Positions 34,670-46,240 of a DNA stretch of 64,000 nucleotides are shown piece after piece. The notes beneath the pieces were generated by a model. The model was not told the origin of the DNA. It ran no database searches and was given only the letters and a program-made list of their open reading frames with translations. The translations under genes and the position numbers were made by a program. Origin of the DNA: Centroscyllium fabricii. Lineage: Eukaryota. The stretch covers positions 257,548,001-257,612,000 of the forward strand of contig JBNRSN020000007.1 in NCBI GenBank assembly GCA_051313645.2, written 5' to 3'. Position 1 is the first letter of the stretch. Each line of letters starts with the position of its first letter.

Positions 34670-35500
34670 ATTCTATCTTAAATAAATGGTCACCTCTGAA
34701 ACATAGGAGGCAATTTCACCGGAAGGGCAGGAACCTGGCAGGGATTGGTCTGGGCCGCCTCCGGTCCCGCCCGCCCAAACAGCTGGGAAGGCCACGCAAT
34801 TTTAGTTTAATTAGGTTGTTAAATCCCCGTCGGCAGCAGCGGGAGGTAATTAGGTCAATCAAGTCGGGGAGGTTGATCGACAGTTCCAGCACTGGTTGTT
34901 GACGGTTCCCATGGAAACACTCCACTGTGACATCACAGTGGAGTGGAGCCAATGGGAAAGGTCAAGTGCTGGTGACTGACAAGTGGGCGGGCTGTGAGGA
35001 CATGTTCAGAGCCGAGATTGCTCAGTTACTGCTCAGAGCTGCTGCTGCAGCCAGAACAGAGTTACTTACTCCTCTAAGGTGCTGGAGGCATGCCAAGCAT
35101 TTGGCAGCATGTCCTTCACACCTTGAAGGAGAAAGTAATAAATGCAAGAAGTCACACAACACCAGGTTATAGTCCAACAGTAATGACCAGCGCTGTGCAC
35201 CCGCTGGGTTTCACCCCGCAGGGTTTAGTGTGGCGGGGTTAGGGCGGGAAACAGGGTAAAATGGCTGAGGGCCCTTAAAATGGCATTAAAGATGCCAATG
35301 CACGGCCCTTCATGGGGTGACAACCCATCCCCGCCGGTCGGAGGCGGGAAGGGTTCGGGGCGGGGAATCTGGGCGGGCAAAAATGAGAAAGCGGCGGGGA
35401 AGGCAGGACCCGCCGGGCCGCCCAAAGCCCTGCCTCACGGGGACATGAAAATCCCCCCCATAGTTGCAGAAATGACTTTACTGAGTGGAACATCCATTTT
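34670..35500 (+). other. 74-nt copy of 27187-27260, split by a MITE
   Basis: 34670-34705 + 35463-35500 match 27187-27260 with one mismatch. Confidence 0.9.
34706..35459. mobile_element. Harbinger-type MITE with an empty-site-verified ATA TSD
   Basis: GGAGGCAATTTC...GAAAATCCCCCCC; pre-insertion sequence visible at ~27220. Confidence 0.9.
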
Positions 35501-35790
35501 TGGGGCATAGATAGGGTAAATAGAAGGAAACGTTTTCCCTTGGTAGAGTGGTCAATAACAAGGGGACATAGTTTCAAGGTAAGGGGCAGGAGGTTTAGAG
35601 GGGATTTGAGGAAGAACATTTTCACCCAGAGAGTGGTTGGAATCTGGAACTCACTGCCTGAAAGGGTGGTAGAGGCAGGAACCCTCACAACATTCAAGAA
35701 GCATTTGGATGAGCACTTGAAGTGCCATAACATACAAGGCTACGGACCAAATGCAGGAAAATGGGATTAGAATAGACAGGGCTTGATGCA
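35501..35790 (+). mobile_element. CR1 3' end
   Basis: TRGHSFKVRGRRFRGDLRKNIFTQRVVGIWNSLP...GYGPNAGKWD. Confidence 0.9.
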
Positions 35791-36680
35791 CAGTGTTCAG
35801 CGTCATTCACAACTCCTCAGATAATGAAGCAGTCCATGCCCACATGCAACAAGACCTGGACGACGTTCAGGCTTGGGCTGATAAGTGGCAGGTAACATTC
35901 ACACTACAGAAGTGCCAGGCCATGACTATCTCCAACAAGTGAGAGTCTAACCACAGCCCCTTGACATTCAATGGCATTACCATCACTGAATCCCCCACCA
36001 TCAACATCCTGGGGGCCACCATTAACCAGAAACTTAACTGGACCAGCCACATAAATACTGTGGCAAAAAGAGCAGTTCAGAGGCTAGGAATTCTGCGACG
36101 AGTGTCTCACCTCCTGACTCCCCAAAGCCGTTCTACCATCTACAAGGTACAAGTAAGGAGCATGATGGAATACTCTCCATTTGCCTGGATGAGTGCAGCT
36201 CCAACAATACTCAAGAAGCTCGACACTATCCAGGAAAAAGCAGCCCGCTTGACTGGCACCCCATCTACCACCTTAAACATCCCTCTCTCCACCACTGGTG
36301 CACCATGGCTGCAGTGCATACCGTCTACAAGATGCACAGCAGCAACTCGCCAAGGCTTCTTCGGCAGCACCTCCCAAACCCGCGACCTTCACCACCTAGA
36401 AGGACAAGGGCAGCAGACGCATGGGAACAGCACCACCTCCATGTTCCCCTCCAAGTCACACATCATCCTGACTTAGAAATATATCGCCGATCCTTCATCA
36501 TCGCTGGGTCAAAATCCTGGCTCTCCCTAACTAACAGCACTGTGGGAATACCTTCACCACACGGACTGCAGCGGTTCAAGAAGGCAGCTCACCACCACCA
36601 TCTCAAGGGCAACAAGGGATGGGCAATAAATGCTGGCCTTGTCAGCCATGCCCACATCGAATAAAAACAAATTAAAAAAA
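35791..36680 (+). mobile_element. CR1/L2-group LINE 3' end (different family)
   Basis: LGATINQKLNWTSHINTVAKRAVQRLGILRR..IYKVQVRSMMEYS; tail GGGCAATAAATGCTGGCCTT..CCCACATC; a tail fragment of the same family sits at ~22560-22620 (-). Confidence 0.85.
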
Positions 36681-36689
36681 ATTCCCACA

Positions 36690-37110
36690 ACAGATGTTAG
36701 ACCAACCGATCTATAATTTCCTGGTTTCTCTCTCCCCTTTCTTAAATAATGGAGTTAAATAGCAATTTTCCAATCTGAAGGGACAATTCCTGATTCGAGA
36801 CAGCTTTGGAAGATTATGGTTAAAGCATCTGCAATGTCCTCAATTACTTCCTTCAAAACCCTGGGGTGGAAACTATCAGGTCCTGGGGATTTGACATTTA
36901 ATCATGCCATTATTCTTTCTTAATACTGTTTGTTTGCTTACGTTCATTTTAGTGATTTGCAGTCCTTGATTCATTAGTAGTTTCCCTGGAATGTCAGGTA
37001 TATTATTCCCTCCTACTGGGAAGACTGACAAAGTAATTATTCAACGAGTCTGCCATTTCCTTATTTTCATTTGCAATATCACCCACATCTGTTTTTAAAG
37101 GGCCCACATT
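36690..37110 (-). mobile_element. Decayed CR1 ORF2 internal fragment
   Basis: Similar to 10900-11340 (TATCAGGTCCTGGGGATTT, TCTGCCATTTC). Confidence 0.75.
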
Positions 37111-37516
37111 ACATTTAAATGATGGTGCAGAATAATATTGATGCAATGAAGCATAAAAAGAAATGACAATAGAATAACACTCATCATATCAACCATGTTA
37201 AAGCTCATGTTGTGAACTGGAGTAGACGCCCTCTTCCTTGTGGGATCCGAAGTATATTAGATCTTGAGTTCAACAGCACAAATGTCAACTAGTAAGCAAG
37301 GATCCATTTTCTGATGAATACTGTCAAGCTCTGCAGTAGTTCACATGACAAGGAGGGATTGTTATACTCGTCTATTGTACAAACAGGGTTTTATTTTGAA
37401 ACCAAAGCCTAGACATTATTGCTAATGATATTAGCAGATGAATGTTTAATGGGTTTAATTGGCATTCCTTTGTCCATTATTTTAATGGGTAAAATAAGTG
37501 GGCTGAGAAATATAAT

Positions 37517-38275
37517 GGCCCAGAAATTCAGCGATGAACGTGAGAGTACGGACAGGGTGCTCACGCGTAGGCCATTCGAAAGTGCCGGTTTCCTGCATGC
37601 ACTGCGCATGCGCGGGAAACCGGCACTTCTGTTCCCCGAACTAAGGGGTTATGAGGTGAAGCACGTGTGCGGGAGCGGCAGCGCGTGCGTATTGCACTTA
37701 CGCTTTTTGTTTTACAGGATTTTCATTCTGGATAAGTGAGAAAAAGTTAGAAACGAAAAAAGCAGGTGTAAGGCCTGCTTTTAACAAGGCAAGTGCTGAA
37801 TTAATTAAAACATTTTTTCCACGGGTTTATTATTTTTAAATACTTTAAAGAAAGGTAAGTTTATTTTTAGCCCCATTAGGAAAAATAATTAATTTTTTCA
37901 AAAATTTAAATTGTTGTTTAAAATAGTTATTTAATGTAATTTATAGTTATTATCAAAATGTGATGTTTTTTAAAATTTATTTGAAGTTTCAGTGATGTTT
38001 TGGGGCTTGTAGTTTTCATAGTTTCGACAGCTCTTCCTGTCAAACTTATGAATGGAGCATTCTCTGCTCCAATTGGCTCTCCACGTCCCACGTGATCCCA
38101 GACGACACATCGCACTAACTGCGCCGCTGGGATACGCAAGCAAAGCGCGTCAGCAGTTGGAGGAGGCCCAGGATCGGAATTCCACGTGGGCCAGCAGCTC
38201 AACAGCTGGCGCGCAAGGTAAGTGCAGGTTGCAGGCTCACACACGCGGGAAGCCTCCGACCTGAATTTCTGGGCC
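37517..38275. mobile_element. Harbinger-type MITE, family B
   Basis: GGCCCAGAAATTCAG...CTGAATTTCTGGGCC 15-bp TIR; AAT TSD. Confidence 0.92.
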
Positions 38276-38879
38276 AATATGAATGCAATAAGCATCAGCT
38301 GCTAATATGGTCAAGGTAATTTCCAGGCTCTAAAAAGCATTGCATGAAACAACATTAAACAAGAGTTATTTCTCTCCAAGCCACTCTGGAATATCACATT
38401 TAAGCTGGGCTCAGATTCCAAATTAATCTACTTGATTTATTTCCAAAAATGAATCAACTAGATCACAGTGTACTGCAAAAGCTTATGTATAATGACAGCA
38501 GTAAAAGGTCTGACCTTTTAAAACCACACTCGGCTCTAAAGTGCAGTGAGTGTAGTGTTGCTTTGCAGACAGTCTGCAAGATTCTCTAGTACTTGCTTTT
38601 AGTGCTGTTTCATCTAGAACCACACTCATATTATAGTGGTTCAGTCTTTCTTTCCATCTCAAAGGTCAGAGACTTAAGTGTCCCAGTCGCCTTTGAACTA
38701 ACCAGAAATGCACAGTGAATTTCAGTTATCATAAGAAAAATACATATTAAAGTTTTATTAAATGACAATCTCATCTTCATAACATCTGCATGGTTCATAG
38801 GGTAACAAATAAAGTCTTCCTTGTTTCATTTTGTATTTGTGGGTTCCAAGACTACACATATATGAAGGAGAATGTTGTT

Positions 38880-39134
38880 TACATAGAAACATAGAAGATA
38901 GGAGCAGGAGTAGGCCATTCGGCCCTTCGAGCCCACTCCGCCATTCAATGAGATCATGGCTGATCATCCAAACCCAGTACCCTGTCCCTGCCTTGTCCCC
39001 ATATCCCTCGATCCCTATCGAGCGTGCACCGACACATATCCCACCCTATCCCCATAACCCTACATATTCAATCCCCCTAACACTAAGGGTCAATTTATCC
39101 TGGCCAATCAACCTAACCCGCACATCTTTGGACT
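38880..39134 (-). mobile_element. 5'-truncated CR1-tailed V-SINE (HE1-like)
   Basis: Near-identical to 23686-23936. Confidence 0.8.
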
Positions 39135-39721
39135 AAAGTATATACAAGTAACTTACAGCTTTAACATGAGGCTTTTACACAGGCTGTACATAGTCTCCAT
39201 CTTAGATATCCAACTTAAACTGAAACCAAAACTAACTTATACAGCACTGGCCTCTTGTCATATGATCTCTGCTGGCCAGGCATGGATAATCAAACAGGCA
39301 ACTGTGATCCTTCTGTTAGCAAGGCATAGATAATCATTACATTCCTGACTTAATTAACATAATAATACTGTTTAGCAGCCAAATATAATAGTCATCTCCT
39401 GGCAGCCAAATATGCCAGAGCCAAGCAGCCATCTCAGAGCTTCTCCTGTCTTGGCTTTATATTTATACAGAGCATATTATACTAATTCTATGCATACACA
39501 GTGCAAGTTGTGCCTTTATCTACCTATACACAGTGACAATGCCATAGAATTGGTCATACTGACCCAGTAATAGATTTTTACTTGTAAGGTTGGATTCTAG
39601 CTTCTAACATATCTGCAATATGTTTTTACAATTTGCAACCTGTCAATTTAATCCAGAACAGGTCTATAACTTTGTAACAGTGTAACAAAACAGTGGGACC
39701 AAATGCTGTGATTGAATACTA

Positions 39722-40050
39722 GGGGGGGGGGGGGGGGGGGGGGAGATTTTCCTCGCGCCGTGAGGGCAGGTTTCCGGTGGGGTGGGGGGTAAAAATCGCA
39801 ATTCCGGCGGGCGGGAAGCCACCCCGCCAGATCCCCGCCCATCGGCGATTTTCCTCGGGCGGGTTTTGCCACCCCGAATGTTTCCTGCCGGCCGCCGGCG
39901 GGGATGCACAATGAGCTCATTGAGGGCCCTTAATTGGATGGGTAATCCTATTTTAAGGGCCCACAGCTATTTTGACCCTCTTCCCACCCAAAACCCACCT
40001 GGTGGGAACCCTGCCGTTGAAAGGTGGCAGGCACCCAATTGGCTGGGTGA
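39722..40050. mobile_element. Left end of a Harbinger-type element with an expanded poly(G) terminus
   Basis: G(~22)AGATTTTCC; subterminal similarity to 15478; right end not identified. Confidence 0.6.
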
Positions 40051-40572
40051 CTGCCACCTTCAAGGCATGGGCACAGTAGGCACACACCACCCCACACCAA
40101 CAGCATAAAGCATCCCTACAATGTCCAAGCCATTCCTTCCACACTCATCACAATTGGGTGGGGGTGGAGTTATGTCTCAACATTCACTGGAACTCACCAA
40201 GACCATTCCAAAGGTGAGCACAGATCTTGCCAATAAGGTAAAGTGTTGAAAATATAGATTTCAATGTTTGACATTAGGCAGATGAGAAATTAGATTCTTT
40301 CTTGACGGCTTCCTGGCCCCGGTGGGAAGAAGACCACTCTTCCAGTGTTGACCCCCTGCACAAAACTGGAATGCTGTGTGTGAGACCCTGGGTGCCCCTT
40401 CCCTGGCTCGCTGAGCCATCGGTGTTCGTGCGGAAACACTTTTCCCACTTTTTTAGGTGTGGAAAGCAATCCATTTTGGATTTAAAAAAAAATGTTAACA
40501 AAAATTGTGGTGAAATTTACTGTCATAGGATCTCTATGTATATACTGTTGTCTCCTTGTATGTAAACTTCAC

Positions 40573-40668
40573 CTCTGTGTGTACTATGTCACTTGCCCCT
40601 GTGTGTATGATGTCACTTCCCCCTGTGTGTACTATGTCACTTCCCCCTGTGTGTACTATGTTACTCTC
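40573..40668. repeat. 22-bp minisatellite, ~4 copies
   Basis: CCCTGTGTGTACTATGTCACTT units. Confidence 0.85.
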
Positions 40669-40725
40669 TCCTGGGTGACTCACTTACTGTGGAGCACTCG
40701 ACCAGTTAACATGTGGCTCTGTTCT

Positions 40726-41012
40726 TGACGTATCGTCAATGAATCAAAGATGAGAAGTTACCTTAACTGGAGGCTTTTATTCACTTTACAAAGGAGCTAC
40801 TCTCCAGTCGAACATTGGGTACAGAATGGATGGGGGCAGGTCAGACCTCACCTATAAGGTGCTCACCTGAGGGGAGGAGTTAGAGGTGTGGCTGACCTGA
40901 CCTGACCTCGCGACAGTGTCGCAATACAAAACTATGTACAATGCACCCAGCCACTATACATGCTGGTTTATAGTGTGCTCAACTATTTACACTGGTAATT
41001 ACGATTACCACA
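40726..41012 (-). mobile_element. Solo LTR of the Mag-like family (E3 subtype)
   Basis: TGACGTATCGTCAA...TTACCACA on +; perfect TSD GTTCT; similar to 56012-56293. Confidence 0.93.
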
Positions 41013-41477
41013 GTTCTCTTAGACAATAAAAGCCTAACCTTGGATCTTAATCTCTAGTCTTGAAGTCATTTAAGGCACTTCAGAGGTTGAGCTGTAAGGG
41101 CTACAAATTGCCTACTTTTACATGATTTTTCTTTTTTTCATTTCAGAAAGCAGTTCCCCTTTAAGAAACCAAACTGCTTTCTAAAATGAGAGCCTTGCTT
41201 TTCGAGAAGGCTGTTATTGCTTCAATGGCGCTACGGCCACGCTACATTGGGGCCTTCTGCTGGGACAAATGCCACCAGAACAACGTTGCATGGTAAGTTT
41301 AGCACTGGGCTAATGCCACCGGCACCAATTTACCAGAACTGCCAGCGCCACCAGTTTCGGCGGCATTTAACACTGGCCCACAGTGGCACTAGCAGGTTGT
41401 TAACGATATCCAATTTCTAGGCCAAGGTGTTGGTTGCTGTTGTTGTAAAACATGGGAACTCTATTATCCTGTGAAAC

Positions 41478-43600
41478 AGGGGCCGCGATTTTGCCGACCA
41501 AGGTAGGGCTGGGGTCAATGTCACTGTCCCAGCCCGTTGCCGACTGTTGCCCACACTCTCCAAGCGATTTTTCATTGATTGGGCTTGATAAACCCGCCCT
41601 GAGAGATTCGCGGCCAATTAATCGGAAGCGGGTCTGATGACATCAGTACATGATGCATCATCAGCTGGTTTCCTTAAAGGAGCCATGTCCAAATTGATCT
41701 CGACAGTTCTGCTGACAGTATTTTACAACTGCAAATGCTGACAAGCACGGCACAAAAGTCCATGGCAGCACCCAGGCTCTCCCATTACTCCCTCCATATG
41801 GTTATGGAGGGAATCACAGCACGCAGGGAGGTTCTCTTCCCTTCCCATGGGCGGAAGAGACCTCCCCAGGACATCAATGCAGCCAGGTTGCACATTGCAC
41901 AGGAGGACACAAGCAGGGATGTCATCAGGAAAACCAGGTTGAAGTGGCACAGGCCTTTCAATGATCTCAGTTGATTATGAAACATTACTGCCAAGCCACA
42001 CTCAAACGCATCATGTTGTGCCAAGCATCACATCCCCATCATTCTGCCTTCCCTACTCTACTCCAGCACATCCTTACTCACACCAACTTACCTTGCACCT
42101 CCACCCATCCCTCTCTATCTACCTTATCACTTCCCTATCTCTCTAGCCACCCCTCACACTCACCCATATCCTAGTGTAATCATACCAACTAACAACACAC
42201 AAGGGTAGGCGCTTGGGTGTTTTAGCCAATGTTCATGTGAAGTTTCTGTTAATGTGGTGTCAAACATTGAAATCTTTATTTTCAACACTTTATATTCTTG
42301 GACAGATTTGTGTGCACCTTTTGAAGTGGCTTAGTGAGTTGCAGTGAATGGTGAGACATAATCGTACCCCTCAAAATGGTGATCAGTGTGAAAGGAATGG
42401 CTTGGGCACTGTAGGGATGCTTTATGTGTTGTTGTGGGTGGTACCACAGAAACACAGAAGATAGGAGCAAGAGTAGGCCATTCGGCCCTTTGAGCCTGCT
42501 CCGCCATTTTGATGAGATCATGGCTGATCATCCAAACCCAGCACCCCCCTCCTACCCTCTCCCCATATCCCCCAACACCCTCAACTCTAAGAACTATATC
42601 TCACACACATACTCATGGGCAATTTGTAGTATCTCCAATTCACCTAACCTGCATGTCTTTGGGTGGTGGGAGGAAACCGGAGTACCCAGAGGAAACCCAC
42701 ACAAACACGGGGAGAACATGCAAACTTCACGCAGAGGTCCCAGGCCAAGCAGGATTTGAACCCAGGAGCTCCTTATTGCGAGGCAGCAGTGCTAACCACT
42801 GCGCTATTGTGTCGTCCAACTTGGCACATCATGTGGCATCCATGGTGTACAGCGTCAAGTGAAGTAAATCTAGCCATGATGAGGCACTCCCTGGCAGCAA
42901 TATGCTTGGGTACGGATGCCCCGTCTCCTGTGCAGCATCAGTTGATTGCGGAGAAGGTTGGTGTTGTTGCTGGTCTGCCTGGTTCTGCTGGTGTTGACGG
43001 TGATCATGGTCAGATTCAGAGGACCAAGGTGAGAGAGTGTAAACTGTACCCATTCTGATGTAATAGATGGCACGTGAAGGTGAGATGACAGAAGCAAATC
43101 TGTCAATGCTGAGAGAGGTTGTTCCAATAAGGTGGCACTGGACAGAGAGTTTGCTCCAAACACTTTCAAGCTGCATAACGCTCAGTCTTCCAAATGCAGT
43201 AAGTAACAGTTTCCGAGCTTGGAAAGTGAACAGTTGTGAGATGGAAGCTTTTATACAACTTTTGCAGCTGTCAAGTAATCAGATAATTCAATGTTGAATC
43301 CACTCATGACACACTGAGCTGACATGATCCCCGAGCAGCGGGAAACCATGGGGGAACACATAAAATTGAATAGTGAGCTTAAAATACTATTTAAGTGCCT
43401 CTTAATAATCTCTCTAATGATCTAAATTGCCTCCCCCGCCACTTGGCGTCGGGTCTGTTCAGCGATGATCGACCCGACATCTGGGAGATTAGCGTGGAGG
43501 CGGCTGGACAGCAGGTTCCCTATCCGCTGTCATAAAACATTTATTTCCCACCCAACCCACTACCAAACGTGCCCACTGTCCCCCCCGAAAAATTGCCCCC
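41478..43600. mobile_element. Decayed Harbinger element: Myb/SANT-like ORF on +, transposase remnants on -
   Basis: AAPRLSHYSLHMVMEGITARREVLFPSHGRKRPP...KWHRPFNDL (41735-41974); ends GGGGCCGCGATTTT...GAAAATTGCCCCC. Confidence 0.65.
42446..42812 (-). mobile_element. Full-length V-SINE with CR1 tail
   Basis: tRNA-like head (CAGTGGTTAGCACTGCTGCCTC on -), V core GGGAGGAAACCGGAGTACCC..GGAAACCCAC on +, CR1 3' tail. Confidence 0.85.
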
Positions 43601-43602
43601 AA

Positions 43603-44455
43603 TGAATCTGCAAAGGGATATAGACAAGTTAAGTAAGTGTTAATGAAGACGGCAAATGGAGTATAATGTGGGGAAATTCATTTTGGTAGGAAGAATAGAA
43701 AAACAGAATACATTTTTAATTGTGAAAAATTATTACATGTTGGTATTGAGAGGGATTTGTGTGTCCTTTTATAGAAAACACAGAAAGTTAACATACAGGT
43801 ACAGCAAGCAACTGGGAAGGCAAATGGTATGTTGACCTTTATTGCAAGGAGGTTGGAGTGCAAAAGTAAGTAAGTCTTGCTGCAATTGTACAGGGTTTTG
43901 TTGAGACCACACCTGGAGTACTTTATACAGTTTTGGTTTCTGTACCTAAGGAATGATATACAGGTACTAGCTTTAGAGGCAGTGCAACAAAGGTTCATTA
44001 GGTTGATTTCTGAGATGAGAGGGTTGTCCTATGATGAGCGATTGTGTAGAATGGGCCTGTACTCTCTGGAGTTTAGTAGAATGAAAGGTGATCTCATTGA
44101 AGCATACAAGATTACGAGAGGGCTTGACAAGGTAGATGCGGAGAGGTTGTTTCCCCTGGCTGGAGAGTCTAGAACTAGGGGGCATACTCTCAGGTAAGGG
44201 GTCGGCCATTTTAGGACGGAGATGAGGAGATACTTCTTCACTCAGTGGGTTGTGAATCTTTGGAATTCTCTACCCCAGGGTGATATGGCTGCTTAGTCAA
44301 GGCTGAGATCAATAGATTTTTGGACTCTAAGGGAATCAAGGGATATGAGGATTGGGTGGGAGGTCGAAGATCAGCCATGATCTTATTGAATGGCAGAGCA
44401 AGCTCGAAGGGCTGTCTAGCCTACTCTTGCTCCTATTGCTTCCTTATGTTCTTAG
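43603..44455 (+). mobile_element. CR1 3' portion
   Basis: LLQLYRVLLRPHLEYFIQFW...GDLIEAYKI...ESRTRGH; 3' UTR. Confidence 0.92.
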
Positions 44456-45210
44456 ATAGCTCCAGTTAAATAGCTAGCACTGGCATAGATAAGATGGGCC
44501 AAATGGCCTCCCTCTGTGCTGTAAATTCTATAATTCTATGATCTGTGATTGATCGTATACCCATAACTTTGGTAAGTAATAGTGAAGACTTGTTTCGTAG
44601 TTAAGTCTATATTCTATTATACATGCCAACTGTCAGTATATTCGGGGCCCAGCCCATGATGACATAAATCAGCAATTGCTGACTTTATGCCCAACGCTGC
44701 TCCAACCTGGCTTTTGCTATTTTTGTTCCACTGCTATTTGAAGTGATTCTGGACACTGCAATCTCCAGGCGGGAATTCTCACAAGAATTTCAGCTGACAT
44801 TATGTAGCAGCTGGAAACATTTCCATTAGCAGCAGGACACAGATCGGAAGAATGCTCAAAATAGAGGGGAGAGGGAATGGAATATGAAAGGGATAAAGAA
44901 GGGGAAAATGAAAGCAAGAAAAAAAGGAGGCAGGAGTTAGGGTTGGAAGAGCGGAGAAGTGCTTTGCGAACAGAAAGGAAGGGGAGTGATAGATTTAAAA
45001 GGAGGCAAAGGGGGTAGGGGTGGTGGAAAGACTGCCAACATTACTGTGTCCACATTCACCATTATTAGATTGTCATCATTGACAGGTTGCAGGGATTTCA
45101 GTTGTGTCCCCATTAATACTTCTCATGTGCATCTCAGTTTTAGTTTTTTTCATGTATCTTTTAGTATGTTAGATACATGCAATGACCATTACAAAACAGA
45201 AGCTGTTCAA

Positions 45211-45283
45211 AGGCACTACTGGGATTCAAACCTGAGGTCCTCTGTTCACAAGCAAAGTGCATTCATCTACTCTGATGCATGCC
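45211..45283 (-). tRNA. Degenerate tRNA-Thr(TGT)-like pseudogene or SINE head
   Basis: 3' half CTTGTGAACAGAGGACCTCAGGTTTGAATCCCAGTAGTGCCT resembles an anticodon/T-arm/acceptor arrangement; 5' half poor. Confidence 0.3.
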
Positions 45284-45325
45284 AAATCCGTGCATGGCAG
45301 TTTTAAAAGCCAAAAATCAGATAAA

Positions 45326-45660
45326 CTTAAGAACATAAGAAATAGGAGCAGGAGTAGGCCATTCGGCCCTTCGAGCCTGCTCCGCCATTCAATGAGATCA
45401 TGGCTGATCTTCTGCCACAACTCCATTCACCGGCCCTTTCGCCATATCCCTTGATGCCCTTACTAGTCAGAAATCTATCAACATCTGTTTTGAGCCTCCA
45501 CAGCCCTCTGGGGTAGAGAATTACAAATATTCACCACCCTGTGTGTGAAGAAATGTCTTCTCATCTCAGTCCTGAATGGACTACCCTTTATCCTTGGGCT
45601 GTGGCCACTGGTTCTCGACTCCCCAGTCAAGGGAAATATTCTCCCAGCATCCACCCTATC
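45326..45660 (-). mobile_element. CR1 3' end
   Basis: ESRTSGHSPRIKGSPFRTEMRRHFFTHRVVN; AAGAACATAAGAAAT tail. Confidence 0.88.
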
Positions 45661-46240
45661 AACATAAGAAATAGGAGCAGGAGTAGGCCAATTGGCCCCT
45701 CGAGCCTGCTCCGCCATTCAACAAGATCATGGCTGATCTGATCCTAACCTCAATTTTATTTTTACTTTCCATCCCACCCAAACCCATGTGATCACCCGGG
45801 AGAGGCGAAAAACCAGCTAAAAAAACCCAGTGGACAATTTGGGAGAAAAAATCTGGGAAATTCCTCTCCGACCCATCTAGGCGATCAAAAACTGGTCCAG
45901 GAGATCACATGGCCGATCTGAACCTAGCCTCACTTCCACTTACCTGCCCGCTCACCATAACCCCTAATTCCCTTTACTTCCAGGAAACTGTCTATCTCCG
46001 TTTTAAATTTATTCAATGTAGTAAGCTTCCACAGCTCTCTGGGGCAGCAAATTCCACAGCCCCACCACCCCGAGTGAAGAAGTTTCTCCTTATCTCAGTT
46101 TTGAAATGGCAGCCCCTTATTTTAAGATTATGCCCCATAGTCCTAGTTTCACCCACCACTGGGAACATCCTCACCGCATCCACCAGATCAGGCCCTCTCA
46201 CAATCTTACATGTTTCAATAAGATCGCCTCATTCTTCTGA
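45661..46240 (-). mobile_element. CR1 3' end with a ~155-bp insert in the 3' UTR
   Basis: MFPVVGETRTMGHNLKIRGCHFKTEIRRNFF; insert 45753-45907. Confidence 0.85.
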
